Below are positions 39,033 through 49,223 of a DNA stretch of 64,000 nt, piece after piece (position 1 is the stretch's first letter; every line of letters starts with the position of its first letter). Both the position numbers and the translations under genes were made by a program. The stretch comes from Tissierellia bacterium (GTDB taxonomy: Bacteria; Bacillota; Clostridia; Tissierellales; Peptoniphilaceae): contig JAAYFJ010000022.1 of NCBI GenBank assembly GCA_012728295.1, forward strand, positions 2,006-66,005, given 5' to 3'. The notes beneath the pieces are model-generated. The model saw only the letters and a program-made list of their open reading frames with translations, was not told the origin of the DNA and did not search any database.

Positions 39033-40130
39033 ATGAAGAAGAGAAGTATTTTAGCATTACTGTTGGCAATTGCTATGCTAGTAGCTTTAACAGCTTGTGG
39101 AGGCGCAGAAGAGAAGCCTGCAGAAACCACTGAAGCTGAAGCACCAGCAGAGGGAGAAAACGTAGCTGAAGGCGCAAAAGGCGTCATCATGATAACAGAT
39201 ATTGGTGGAGTAAACGATCAATCTTTTAACCAATCTGCTTGGGAAGGATTAACAGCATTAAAAGAAGAGCTTGGCGATGCAGTTGAAATCAGCTATATCG
39301 AATCCAAGCAAGCTGGAGATTATATTCCTAATATGGAAACTGCTTTAGACGGTGGAAATGCTCTGATTTGGGGAATAGGATATAACTTATCAGACAGTAT
39401 CAAAGAAGCTGCTGCTGCAAATCCAGACCAAAAATATGGAATTATCGACTTTAGCTATGGCGATGAAACTCCTGAAAACGTAGTTTGCGCAGTGTTTAAA
39501 GATCAAGAAAACTCCTTCTTAGTTGGATATATTGCAGGAAAGATGACTGAAACTGGCAAAGTTGGATTCGTAGGAGGATCTACAAGCGAAGTTATTTTAA
39601 ACTTTGAAAACGGCTACAAAGCAGGTGTTGCATATGCAGCTAAAGAAGACGGAAAAACTGTAGACGTTGACGTTCAATATGCAGAATCATTTGGAGATCC
39701 AGCAAAAGGTAAAGCTATTGCAACTACAATGTATCAACAAGGCTCAGATATTGTTTTCCACGCATCAGGTGGAACAGGTGACGGTGTTATCGACGCAGCC
39801 ATTGATGCTAATAAGTGGGTAATTGGAGTAGACCGCGACCAAAGTGAAGCAGCTCCAAACAATATGTTAGTTTCAACTGTTAAAGGTGTTGGAACAGCTA
39901 TGAAGTTAATTTCTGAAGACCTTATTAAAAATGACACATTTGAAGGCGGAAGTACAAAAGTATATGGATTAGCTGACAAGTCAATTGACATTGCTTATGC
40001 TAATAACGATTTAGTAAAAGAAGAAGTGAAAACAGCGACTGAAGCTCTTAAAGAGACCATCGCAAAAGGAGAGCTTGTAGTACCAAGAACTAATGAGGAA
40101 TTTGCAGCCTTCTTAGAAACGCTTAAGTAA
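39033..40130 (+). CDS. BMP-family (Med/PnrA-like) nucleoside ABC transporter substrate-binding lipoprotein
   Basis: Lipobox LTACGG and a BMP-family core (ITDIGGVNDQSFNQSAWEG...). Confidence 0.9.
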   Translation: MKKRSILALLLAIAMLVALTACGGAEEKPAETTEAEAPAEGENVAEGAKGVIMITDIGGVNDQSFNQSAWEGLTALKEELGDAVEISYIESKQAGDYIPNMETALDGGNALIWGIGYNLSDSIKEAAAANPDQKYGIIDFSYGDETPENVVCAVFKDQENSFLVGYIAGKMTETGKVGFVGGSTSEVILNFENGYKAGVAYAAKEDGKTVDVDVQYAESFGDPAKGKAIATTMYQQGSDIVFHASGGTGDGVIDAAIDANKWVIGVDRDQSEAAPNNMLVSTVKGVGTAMKLISEDLIKNDTFEGGSTKVYGLADKSIDIAYANNDLVKEEVKTATEALKETIAKGELVVPRTNEEFAAFLETLK

Positions 40131-40137
40131 TACGAGG

Positions 40138-40169
40138 GAAGCCTGGCGAATAACCGGGCTTCTTTTTTT
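40138..40169 (+). terminator. Intra-operon hairpin (partial terminator/attenuator) after the SBP gene
   Basis: GAAGCCTGG-loop-CCGGGCTTC plus TTTTTTT, between the SBP and ATPase genes. Confidence 0.65.
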
Positions 40170-40197
40170 AACCAAATAAGAATAAAGGAGGTGTCAC

Positions 40198-41745
40198 TTG
40201 ATAGACGGGGAGAATAGAGAAAAAGTTGTTGAGATGAGAAATATTACAAAGGTATTTGGAACTCACAAGGTATTGGATAAAGTGAATTTTGATCTGCATA
40301 AAGGCGAAGTGCATGCACTCCTTGGTGAAAACGGAGCTGGGAAGACAACGCTTATGAACATTTTATACGGAATGTTCCCCCCTACAGAAGGCACCATCAC
40401 AGTAAATGGAGACAGCTATCAACACATGACCCCTAAAATTGCAGTGGAACATGGAATCGGCATGGTGCATCAGCACTTTATGTTAATCGAGCCGTTTACA
40501 GTTACTCAAAACATCATCTTAGGGAAAGAAGTAACTGGTTCGACAAAAGCATTTTTGAACATGGACAAAGCAAATGAAGAGATTGCTCAACTGTCGGAAA
40601 GATACGGATTGAAAATAGATCCAAAGGCAAAAGTGGAAGATATTTCTGTCGGGATGCAACAAAGAGTGGAGATATTGAAAACACTTTATAGAGGTGCTGA
40701 CATATTGATTTTTGACGAACCTACTGCAGTTTTAACACCGCAGGAGATTGACGAATTCACTCAGATAGTTAAAAATCTTACAGACCAGGGGAAATCAATA
40801 ATCATCATAACCCATAAATTGGCAGAGATTAAGAGTATGGCTGATACTTGCACCATTATTCGCCGAGGAGAATTTATCGACAAAGTAAATGTAGCTGAGG
40901 TAAATGAAAGCATTTTAGCTGAAAAAATGGTTGGTCGTATAGTCAGCTTTAAAGTGGATAAGCCAGCTATGGAAGAGGGGGCCACTGTCCTTTATCTGGA
41001 TAATTTAGTAGTTAAAGATAATAGGGGAACCGATGCTCTCAAGGGATTAACTCTAGATGTGAAAAGAGGAGAAATCCTTGGAATCGCAGGTGTAGATGGC
41101 AATGGGCAGTCGGAGTTAATAGAAGCCATAACTGGGCTTAGGAAAATCACTTCAGGCAATATGCGCCTTAATGGTCAGGATATGACCAACTCCAGTGTAC
41201 GTGCAATAATGGATAAAGGTATGAACTGTATTCCAGAAGACAGGCAAAAGAGAGGTTTAGTATTGGACATGTCCGTTGCGGACAATTTAATATTGGAAAA
41301 CTACGGCAAGGAACCGTTTAGCAAAGGTGGATTATTAAGATTTGATAAAATAAACGAAAATGCCGAGAAGATGATAAAAAAATACGATATTAGACCGACA
41401 GATCCTAAAATTAATACAGGAGATATGTCAGGAGGAAATCAGCAAAAGGTAATATTGGCAAGAGAAATAGAAAATGATCCCGACATATTAATTGCTGCAC
41501 AACCTACAAGAGGACTAGATGTAGGTGCCATCGAGTTTATTCATAAGTATTTGGTGGAACAGAGGAATAAAAACAAAGCGGTTCTGTTGGTATCGTTTGA
41601 ATTAGACGAAGTAATGGATTTATCAGATAGAATAGCGGTAATATATGACGGTAAAATCGTTGGAATAAAAGATCCTAAAACCACAGATGAAAAAGAAATA
41701 GGGCTATTGATGGCAGGAGGGGGAAGAGATGAAAAAATACAATAA
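40198..41745 (+). CDS. ABC transporter ATP-binding protein, duplicated ATPase (sugar/nucleoside type)
   Basis: Two NBDs (GENGAGKTT; GVDGNGQSE) and signature motifs. TTG start behind AGGAGGTG. Confidence 0.85.
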   Translation: MIDGENREKVVEMRNITKVFGTHKVLDKVNFDLHKGEVHALLGENGAGKTTLMNILYGMFPPTEGTITVNGDSYQHMTPKIAVEHGIGMVHQHFMLIEPFTVTQNIILGKEVTGSTKAFLNMDKANEEIAQLSERYGLKIDPKAKVEDISVGMQQRVEILKTLYRGADILIFDEPTAVLTPQEIDEFTQIVKNLTDQGKSIIIITHKLAEIKSMADTCTIIRRGEFIDKVNVAEVNESILAEKMVGRIVSFKVDKPAMEEGATVLYLDNLVVKDNRGTDALKGLTLDVKRGEILGIAGVDGNGQSELIEAITGLRKITSGNMRLNGQDMTNSSVRAIMDKGMNCIPEDRQKRGLVLDMSVADNLILENYGKEPFSKGGLLRFDKINENAEKMIKKYDIRPTDPKINTGDMSGGNQQKVILAREIENDPDILIAAQPTRGLDVGAIEFIHKYLVEQRNKNKAVLLVSFELDEVMDLSDRIAVIYDGKIVGIKDPKTTDEKEIGLLMAGGGRDEKIQ

Positions 41746-42814
41746 AATTTGGTTCATTCTCCTTTCTTTAGCATTAGGATTTGCATTTGGTGCTATTGCG
41801 CTTTTGATTGCCGGATTTAATCCGCTACAAGCATATGGAATAATATTAAAAGGAGTATTTAGCAGGCCTAAGTATATTTCCTGGACTATTATTAGGGCAA
41901 CACCAGTTATATTAACGGGACTGGGAGTGGCATTTGCATTTCGCACAGGAACATTTAATATTGGAGCAGAAGGACAATATATTATTGGAGCTATGACAGC
42001 AGCATGGTTTGGATATTTCTTAAACTTGCCACCTGTACTACATATCACTGTGTGTCTGTTGGCAGCAGCTGTGGCTGGTGGAATATGGGCTGGGATTGCA
42101 GGATTTATTAAAGCTCGCTTTGGTGTTAATGAAGTAATAACCACAATAATGTTAAACTGGATTGCCTTTTATTTAAATAACTTCATAATTTATTTACCAA
42201 TATTTAAAAGACCCAATAGCGAAAACTCCTATTCTATTCAAGCTTCTGCTGTGACTAAAATATTCCAAGGCTTACGAGGAAGCAGTACCTTTGCAGTAAA
42301 AGATTTTTTCTCTGCACCAGTAAATATTGGTTTTATTCTAGCAATAATAACTGCAATAATACTTTGGTTTATTCTTAAGCGCACTACCTTAGGTTATAGC
42401 TTAAAAACAGTTGGATTAAATCAAGATGCAGCAGAATATGGTGGCATTAATGTTAAGAGAAACATAGTAATTTCTATGGCAATAAGTGGAGCTGTTTGTG
42501 CATTAGGTGGAGCAACTCAAGTGTTGGGAGTAACTGGAAATATCGCGACACTTGGCGGTATGGAAGGTAATGGTTTCGACGGAATCGCAGTAGCACTTTT
42601 GGCTTTCAATCATCCTATTGGGGCTATTTTCACAGGGCTGTTCTTCGGAGGGCTTAAATTTGGAGCCAGTCAGATACAACGGTTAATGGGAGCCCCATAC
42701 GAAATGATTCAGATTGTAATAGGAACTATAATACTATTTACCTCAATGCCAATGTTTACAAAGATTCTTTCTGTAAAGTTAAAAAAGAGAAAGAGAGGTG
42801 GCAAAGATGCCTGA
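41729..42814 (+). CDS. ABC transporter permease (BMP/nucleoside system)
   Basis: Polytopic, overlaps the upstream gene, branched-chain/ribose-type permease family. Confidence 0.85.
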   Translation: MKKYNKIWFILLSLALGFAFGAIALLIAGFNPLQAYGIILKGVFSRPKYISWTIIRATPVILTGLGVAFAFRTGTFNIGAEGQYIIGAMTAAWFGYFLNLPPVLHITVCLLAAAVAGGIWAGIAGFIKARFGVNEVITTIMLNWIAFYLNNFIIYLPIFKRPNSENSYSIQASAVTKIFQGLRGSSTFAVKDFFSAPVNIGFILAIITAIILWFILKRTTLGYSLKTVGLNQDAAEYGGINVKRNIVISMAISGAVCALGGATQVLGVTGNIATLGGMEGNGFDGIAVALLAFNHPIGAIFTGLFFGGLKFGASQIQRLMGAPYEMIQIVIGTIILFTSMPMFTKILSVKLKKRKRGGKDA

Positions 42815-43745
42815 TATTGTAGGAATAGCATTAATCATCGGGAATACATTGTTGTTTGCTACACCGCTCTTATATGCAGCTCTAGGTGGCATGCTGTCGG
42901 AAAAATCTGGGGTTGTAAATATTGGACTAGAAGGTATGATGACTATAGGAGCGCTGGTGGCTGCAACTGTAGGGTATTATACACAAAATCCATGGTTAGC
43001 ATTTTTAGCAGCAGGAGCAGCTGGTGGTTTATTGGCACTCCTTCATGCAGTAGTATCCATTACTTTTGGAGCAGATCAAATTGTATCGGGAATTGCCATC
43101 AACTTTTTAGGGCCGGGAATTGCGCTATTTATGAGTAGACTATTCTTTGACGGAGCAACACAAACAAAGCCTATCGCCAATAAAATGCCCATATTATTCA
43201 AAGATGCTTTGGCAAATCACCCTGCATTAAAGTATATCTTTGGACAATATGCCACAGTATATATTGCTCTGTTTTTCGTATTGATTCTTTGGATATATCT
43301 ATATAAAACAAAATACGGATTAAGACATATTGCAGTAGGAGAACACCCAAAAGCGGCTGAAACACTGAATATTAATGTAATCGCAATAAGATATTTAGCA
43401 GTAGTAGCTTCGGGAGTAATGGCAGGATTTGGAGGAGCATCACTATCCTTGGCAATAGTATCCAGCTTTAGGCAGACATTGGTGTCAGGACAAGGATTTA
43501 TAGCATTGGTTGCCCTTATTTTCGGGAAATGGACACCGCATGGAATACTAGGAGCGTGCCTATTCTTTGGATTTGCTGAAGCGTTGGCAATATTCCTTGG
43601 AAGCACTAACTTGGCTATATCCTCGCACTTGATTTCCATGGTGCCATATTTGAGCACATTGTTGATACTAATACTGTTTGTCGGTCGTTCTAGAGGACCT
43701 AAAGCAAATGGAGTTCCATATTTAAAAGATGATATAAGCCTATAG
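42798..43745 (+). CDS. ABC transporter permease (BMP/nucleoside system)
   Basis: Polytopic and overlaps the upstream permease gene. Confidence 0.85.
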   Translation: MAKMPDIVGIALIIGNTLLFATPLLYAALGGMLSEKSGVVNIGLEGMMTIGALVAATVGYYTQNPWLAFLAAGAAGGLLALLHAVVSITFGADQIVSGIAINFLGPGIALFMSRLFFDGATQTKPIANKMPILFKDALANHPALKYIFGQYATVYIALFFVLILWIYLYKTKYGLRHIAVGEHPKAAETLNINVIAIRYLAVVASGVMAGFGGASLSLAIVSSFRQTLVSGQGFIALVALIFGKWTPHGILGACLFFGFAEALAIFLGSTNLAISSHLISMVPYLSTLLILILFVGRSRGPKANGVPYLKDDISL

Positions 43746-43760
43746 AGTAATAATATTATG

Positions 43761-43790
43761 AAAAAACACCTCCATATGGAGGTGTTTTGC
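43761..43790. terminator. Bidirectional terminator
   Basis: AAAACACCTCCA-ta-TGGAGGTGTTTT with A/T runs on both sides, between convergent genes. Confidence 0.8.
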
Positions 43791-43793
43791 ATT

Positions 43794-44546
43794 TTATTTT
43801 AATATAAGTTCCACTGGACAGTGGTCAGACCCCAAGATATCAGATAATATATTTATTTCATTCACGGTGGGGAGAAGTCTATGCGACAATACAAAATAAT
43901 CTATTCTCCAGCCAGCATTCCTACTCCTAGCTTGTCTTAAATAACTCCACCAAGTATATGCACCAGTCAAATCAGGATTGAAATGGCGGAATACATCTAC
44001 AAATCCGGAATCTAAAAGAGTGGTCATCTTCGCTCTTTCCTCGTCGGAAAATCCAGCCGATTTTCTGTTAGTAGAAGGGTTTTTCAAGTCTATTTCCTGG
44101 TGGGCGACGTTTAAATCACCACATAGAATCACTGGTTTTATCTTATCTAACTCCATTAAATGAGCTCTGAAATCGTCTTCCCACTCCATGCGATAACTTA
44201 GTCTTACCAGCTCAGGCTGGGAATTAGGAGTATATACATTTACAAGGTAAAACTCATCAAACTCCATGGTTATGACACGACCCTCTGTATCGTGATGGGC
44301 GATGTCTAAACCGTAAGTTACAGAAAGAGGTTTAACCTTAGTAAAAATAGCCGTACCTGAATATCCCTTTTTTTCTGCATAGTTCCAATACAACTCATAG
44401 TCAGGCAAGTCCATTTCCACCTGACCTTCTTGTAATTTAGTCTCTTGAAGACAGATTACATCAGGATTATTATCTGCGACGAAATCATAGAATCCCTTTT
44501 TAATATTAGCCCTTAAACCGTTTACATTCCAAGTGATTAAATTCAT
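43794..44546 (-). CDS. xth: Exodeoxyribonuclease III
   Basis: MNLITWNVNGLRA N-terminus, and the EEP-fold blocks LQETK, GDLNVAH and SDHCPV. Confidence 0.9.
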   Translation of the reverse strand: MNLITWNVNGLRANIKKGFYDFVADNNPDVICLQETKLQEGQVEMDLPDYELYWNYAEKKGYSGTAIFTKVKPLSVTYGLDIAHHDTEGRVITMEFDEFYLVNVYTPNSQPELVRLSYRMEWEDDFRAHLMELDKIKPVILCGDLNVAHQEIDLKNPSTNRKSAGFSDEERAKMTTLLDSGFVDVFRHFNPDLTGAYTWWSYLRQARSRNAGWRIDYFVLSHRLLPTVNEINILSDILGSDHCPVELILK

Positions 44547-45385
44547 TCTTTGCTCCTTTCATAGTAGTCCATAAAACTGTGTTTGCGTTTTTCTTTATCT
44601 CTCCATCCCAATATTTGAGCCATTTCCACGTTTTCAGTACTCTTAAAAATAGATTTTCTAAGGTTATCAAAATCTGGCTCTAATTTAGCAATTAAGTTCT
44701 TAATCTCAGCCCTCTTGCTACCATCTTGTTTGTTAGCAGAAATAGAACATGCACAATCCAAGGAGCTAAGGCCATTTGCAACCATAAAAGCTGAAATGTC
44801 CTTTTCATCAATTAAATATAGAGGACGAATTAACTCCATTCCGGGAAAGTTTTGTGCATGAAGTTTAGGCAGCATAGTGTGAAAAGAAGCGCTACACATG
44901 ATATTCATCATGGTAGTTTCAATTACATCGTCCATGTGATGTCCCAAGGCCAGTTTATTACAACCTAAATCCCTAGCTACACCATAGAGAAAACCACGTC
45001 GCATTCTCGCACAAAGGTAGCATGGATTTTCAGCATTTAATTCTTCAGCTACTTCAAAGACATCGCTGTTGAATATCTTCACCGGAATGTCCATTTTAGC
45101 ACAAATGTCCTCCAGTTGCTTTCTATGGTTTGGGAGATATCCAGGATCCATAGCCATGTATTTCACAGAAAAGTTCTTTTTACCATATTTATGAAGATAT
45201 TGAAATAACTTTGCTAAGACTAGACTATCTTTTCCACCGGATATGGCAACTGCAATAGCATCACCATCCTGAATCAATTCATATTGGGCAATAGCTTTGA
45301 TAAACTTAGCCCACAATCTCTTTCGGTAGGTTCTAATCAAACACCTTTCCAGTTGTTGAATGTATTCTGCATGCTCCGTCATCAA
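44543..45385 (-). CDS. PP-loop ATPase, TtcA-like tRNA 2-thiolation protein
   Basis: PP-loop SGGKDS plus the Cys cluster NPCYLCARMRRG and a later CAC. Confidence 0.75.
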   Translation of the reverse strand: MMTEHAEYIQQLERCLIRTYRKRLWAKFIKAIAQYELIQDGDAIAVAISGGKDSLVLAKLFQYLHKYGKKNFSVKYMAMDPGYLPNHRKQLEDICAKMDIPVKIFNSDVFEVAEELNAENPCYLCARMRRGFLYGVARDLGCNKLALGHHMDDVIETTMMNIMCSASFHTMLPKLHAQNFPGMELIRPLYLIDEKDISAFMVANGLSSLDCACSISANKQDGSKRAEIKNLIAKLEPDFDNLRKSIFKSTENVEMAQILGWRDKEKRKHSFMDYYERSKE

Positions 45386-46800
45386 ACATCTCCTTTAATA
45401 ATGCTCTTTTGCCATTTTCCACTGCGATACATGGAATAGCCATATAATATTATTATCACATTACTTACGGTCATAGCAACCCAAATACCAGTAGAACCAA
45501 TATTCGTAGTATATTTTAATATTTGAATTAAAGGTAATCTGATAACCCATAATCTAAATACAGACATCATCATAGAATATCTAGTGTGGCCTGAACCCTG
45601 GAACAGACCTTGGAAAACTGAGAATAGCGCCATTAGAGGAATAGTGAATACACTGAAAGAAATATATACCAAAGCTTCCTCAATTAGCTTAGGGTCATCA
45701 TTAGCCTTTAGAAATAATTGTAATATTTGCAAATCATAAATCTTAATAAATATAGAGCCTATAGCAGCAATAATAAAACCGGTTAATGCAGCTTGCCTAA
45801 ATGCAGATTTAGCCCTATCCAATCTCCCAGCTCCAAGATTTTGTCCTACCATGGAAGTCAGAGCCATTCCAATGCCCATAGAAGGAAGCATAATCAAATC
45901 AGTAATCCTATTGACCATTCCAAAAGCACCGAGAGTAGAGACTCCGTAGGAGCGAATTACCCCGTTGAGAACAATGAAGCCGAAGGCAGCTCCAGATTGA
46001 CCGGCAGTAGCAGGAGCACCGATTCTAATAATATCTCTAAAAATACGGGAGTTAATGGATCCGTGCAAACGCAAATCTATTAACCCTTTCGTTTTAAACA
46101 AGTAGATAGCTCCAACTACAATATTAATAAACTGACAAAATATCGTAGCTAATGCCGCTCCTTTAACACCCATATTAAGCCCTGGAATATTTATATAAGG
46201 AATGGTTTCGAAAATAAATAACGGATCTAAAAACACATTCAATATTGCCGTAAATCCACTGATTATAGTGGGAATCATGGTATTTCCTTGGGAGTGCATA
46301 ATGGAAATAAAAGTAAAGTATAGGAAAGAAAATGGAAAACCCAAGGCGATTGTTCTAAGATAATCTAAACTCATGGACAATAATTCATCTCCAGCACCCA
46401 TCCAATTAAGCACTAAAGGGGCTAATAAATATGCCAATGAGCTAAGAACAATTGCTACCCCTAGAGCTAAAAGAACCAGGTGGAATGCATAATCATTCGC
46501 GTTTTTATATTGACCTGCACCAATAAACCTAGACAATAAAGATGTTCCACTTACTTGGACGCCCATTCCAAAACCGAGAAAAAGAAAAGTAACCGGCCAA
46601 ACAAATACTGTTGATGAAAAAGCCGCACTGCTAAGATGACCTATCCAAGTGGCATCTGTAAGATTATATAAAGTTAGGACCAGATTGTTAAGAATAATAG
46701 GTCCTGCGAGTAAAAGCAGAGTTTTTAATATAGGACCCTCAGTAATTAAGGGTTTTCTTTCTAACGAAGTTGTCATAGTTGTCCACCAATCCCATTTCAT
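45382..46800 (-). CDS. MATE-family efflux transporter
   Basis: 12-TM MATE architecture (PIILNNLVLTLYNLTDATWIGHL...). The alternative start ATG 46776 has the better GGTGG RBS. Confidence 0.85.
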   Translation of the reverse strand: MKWDWWTTMTTSLERKPLITEGPILKTLLLLAGPIILNNLVLTLYNLTDATWIGHLSSAAFSSTVFVWPVTFLFLGFGMGVQVSGTSLLSRFIGAGQYKNANDYAFHLVLLALGVAIVLSSLAYLLAPLVLNWMGAGDELLSMSLDYLRTIALGFPFSFLYFTFISIMHSQGNTMIPTIISGFTAILNVFLDPLFIFETIPYINIPGLNMGVKGAALATIFCQFINIVVGAIYLFKTKGLIDLRLHGSINSRIFRDIIRIGAPATAGQSGAAFGFIVLNGVIRSYGVSTLGAFGMVNRITDLIMLPSMGIGMALTSMVGQNLGAGRLDRAKSAFRQAALTGFIIAAIGSIFIKIYDLQILQLFLKANDDPKLIEEALVYISFSVFTIPLMALFSVFQGLFQGSGHTRYSMMMSVFRLWVIRLPLIQILKYTTNIGSTGIWVAMTVSNVIIILYGYSMYRSGKWQKSIIKGDV

Positions 46801-46924
46801 TTAAGCATTAAGTTATTACATATAAATCTACGTAACAATTATTGTAAACCAAAGGTGCTGTCACTGCAACCAAAACAAAATTACTATATGGTGAAAATGG
46901 GAAGCATATGTTATACTAGTGGTG

Positions 46925-47012
46925 ACAGAGTAGGCAAAAAGCGTTAAGTGTTAAGAGATGGGAAGTCGCTCTTAAACGAAGGAATACCGCGATTTTTTGC
47001 CGCTTCCGCTGT
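46925..47012 (+). promoter_or_regulatory. THF (tetrahydrofolate) riboswitch
   Basis: ACAGAGTAGG...GCGTTAAGTG...GATGGGAAGTCG...AACGAAGG...GCG...CCGCTTCCGCTGT reproduces the conserved THF-I blocks as I remember them from the Eubacterium siraeum folT leader. An extended -10 promoter TGtTATACT (46909-17) lies just upstream. Confidence 0.85.
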
Positions 47013-47077
47013 TTCCGCACCTCTTTTATATTGGAGACGGGACTGTCAAAGACTTCAGTATAGAAAGGGGGATTTTT

Positions 47078-47629
47078 ATGTCCAAAAATTTATCAACAAA
47101 AGTAATTGTAAGAGCGGCAGTGCTTATGGCACTTTCCGTAATAATGACCAGGTTTCTGGGAGTTATGGTGCCATTGGCAGGAATGCAAGCAAAGCGTATC
47201 GCATTTGGCTTTGTACCATTGATGATGGCAGGCTATTTATTTGGTCCAATTATAGGTGGAATCGTTGGATTGGGCGCAGATATTATAGGGGTGATGATGA
47301 ATCCCATGGGTCAGTTCCATCCAGGATTTATGGTCAGTTCCATGTTGACAGGATTGCTTCCGGGGTTAGTTATGTTAGCCATAGGAGGAAACAATCAACA
47401 TGGAAAGAAAAAACTATATGGGCTTTGGATATCCACAGCGTTGGTGACCATTGTAATCCACATTTTCCTTAATAATTTGTGGTTAAAAGACATTTTCCAC
47501 ACAGGGTATCTAGTATTATTACCTTTGAGATTACCATTAGCTGTGGTGGAAGGAATAGTGGGAGGAGTGATTTTCGTCCTACTCATGAAAATTATGGAAA
47601 GAATAGATCCGCGAGGAGTATCGGTTTAG
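47078..47629 (+). CDS. folT: Folate-family ECF transporter S component
   Basis: 183-aa, 6-TM protein (MSKNLSTKVIVRAAVLMALSVIMTRF...) directly downstream of the THF riboswitch. Start moved from 46997 to ATG 47078 behind AAAGGGGGA. Confidence 0.8.
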   Translation: MSKNLSTKVIVRAAVLMALSVIMTRFLGVMVPLAGMQAKRIAFGFVPLMMAGYLFGPIIGGIVGLGADIIGVMMNPMGQFHPGFMVSSMLTGLLPGLVMLAIGGNNQHGKKKLYGLWISTALVTIVIHIFLNNLWLKDIFHTGYLVLLPLRLPLAVVEGIVGGVIFVLLMKIMERIDPRGVSV

Positions 47630-47640
47630 AAGAATCAAGA

Positions 47641-47675
47641 GACCTGTAAATATTTGTATTTACAGGTCCTTCTTA
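47641..47675 (+). terminator. Terminator after folT
   Basis: GACCTGTAAATA-tttg-TATTTACAGGTC followed by CTTCTT. Confidence 0.7.
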
Positions 47676-47680
47676 TTAAG

Positions 47681-47713
47681 AAGAAAAAAGAAAGCCGCCG
47701 ACATAGTCGGCGG
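47681..47713 (-). terminator. Terminator after htrA-like gene
   Basis: Minus strand CCGCCGAC-tatg-TCGGCGG followed by CTTTCTTTTTTCTT. Confidence 0.75.
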
Positions 47714-47784
47714 ATAAATTAGAAAGGGTGGATTTGCAAAATACAAATCCGGGATATCATGTGACTTCTATATTGTCAACATTA

Positions 47785-49038
47785 TTATTGTTGTTGTCTT
47801 TGTTGTACTGGTGTAAATGTAATTTGCACCTTTTCTTCTTGACCATTGCGTAAAATGGTAAGAGTAGCACTATCTCCCACTTTATAGGTATTTAACTTAT
47901 TACGCATTTCAGGCATGTTTTTTACTGGGGTATCATCTACTGCTGTGATTATATCATTTGGCTGCAAGTTCGCATTTGCTGCAGCAGAATCAGGATAAGT
48001 TTCCAACACCACAATACCATTTTCCACAGGAATATCAATTTTTAACTGAGATTTGTACATCGTTACATCTACTCCTGTAATCCCTATTAAAGTAGGCTCG
48101 TATGAACCTGTTTCAATAACTTGATTAACGACGGTTTTTACTGCATTGATTGGAATAGAAAAACCTAAGCCTTCAGCAGCCCCAACTTTAATCGTATTGA
48201 TACCGATAACTTCACCATTTCTATTTAGCAATGGGCCACCGCTATTACCTCGGTTAATAGAAGCATCAGTCTGAATTAAACCACCCATAGAATTTCTTTC
48301 CACTGTAATGGAACGGTTCAAACCTGAAATATATCCAGCAGTAACACTACGTTGAAAGTCTAAGCCAAGGGGGTTACCTATGGCGATGGCAGTTTCACCA
48401 ATTACTAATTTATCTGAATCTCCCATTTTTACAAAAGGAAGAGGGCTGTTGGACTCTACCTTTAGAACGGCAATATCTTGACGTGGATCCTGCCAAAGCA
48501 CTTTTGCATCTAGGCTTCTACCACCTTCAAGCAATACTTGAATAGGTTTATTTCCACTTCCAACTACATGAGAGTTTGTGATAATATATCCGTCAGGACT
48601 GACAATTACACCGCTACCAGTCACCTTAACATCATATTCTCTAGTGTCGAACATAAACTCTTGAGTAACTGTGTGGTCAGTAGAAATTCCCACAACTGCA
48701 GGCATAGCACTGGCGGCTACATCTGCTACTACACCATGACCGGAATTACTAATATTTTGTCCTACGGAAGAAGCATTTTCATTTTTCAATGGACTAGATT
48801 CAACCTGCGATGAAGCAGTGGGAACGGTTGGTTGTACAATGGGCGCGATAAAGCTTTGAGCCAAACCTCCCAAGAACCCTCCTACTATACCAAATATCAG
48901 TACCAAAACCAGTAAACCTGCATTGCTAGAACGTTTCTGTGGAGGTTTCTGAGCGAAATTATGTGTCGGCTCCACAAAACTCTGGGGTGATGAAGGTTCT
49001 TCATATGCATTAAATGACTTAAAATCGTTCATAATCAA
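47785..49038 (-). CDS. HtrA/DegP-family serine protease with PDZ domain
   Basis: N-terminal TM anchor, catalytic triad context (TNSHVV, DIAVLKV, GNSGGPL), and a C-terminal PDZ domain. Confidence 0.9.
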   Translation of the reverse strand: MIMNDFKSFNAYEEPSSPQSFVEPTHNFAQKPPQKRSSNAGLLVLVLIFGIVGGFLGGLAQSFIAPIVQPTVPTASSQVESSPLKNENASSVGQNISNSGHGVVADVAASAMPAVVGISTDHTVTQEFMFDTREYDVKVTGSGVIVSPDGYIITNSHVVGSGNKPIQVLLEGGRSLDAKVLWQDPRQDIAVLKVESNSPLPFVKMGDSDKLVIGETAIAIGNPLGLDFQRSVTAGYISGLNRSITVERNSMGGLIQTDASINRGNSGGPLLNRNGEVIGINTIKVGAAEGLGFSIPINAVKTVVNQVIETGSYEPTLIGITGVDVTMYKSQLKIDIPVENGIVVLETYPDSAAANANLQPNDIITAVDDTPVKNMPEMRNKLNTYKVGDSATLTILRNGQEEKVQITFTPVQQRQQQ

Positions 49039-49223
49039 TCTCCTTTCCCAAATTTATTAAAAGACAGTACAACTATCTAATTATTAATAAGTTACTATCA
49101 TAATCTTATCATGAAAATATGATGAACAAATGAAGGTATTGTGAAGATTTGGTGAAAATTTGAATAATATACGGTAAAAAGGGAAAAAGATATAGAGATA
49201 AAATTATTTATAGGAGAAAACTA

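Noticed and set aside
41704-43792. Long antisense ORFs (146 aa at 41704-42144, 191 aa at 43217-43792) and similar antisense ORFs inside clpB, mgtE, the opp genes and the ABC ATPases
   Set aside because: All lie wholly within strongly supported sense-strand genes. They lack RBSs and give low-complexity translations. This is typical antisense open frames of AT-rich genomes.
46948-47077. ORF-track starts at 46948 and 46997 (174-aa and 210-aa ORFs)
   Set aside because: Both start inside the THF riboswitch aptamer. The 174-aa frame is an out-of-frame read of folT. The real folT start is ATG 47078, which has an RBS.
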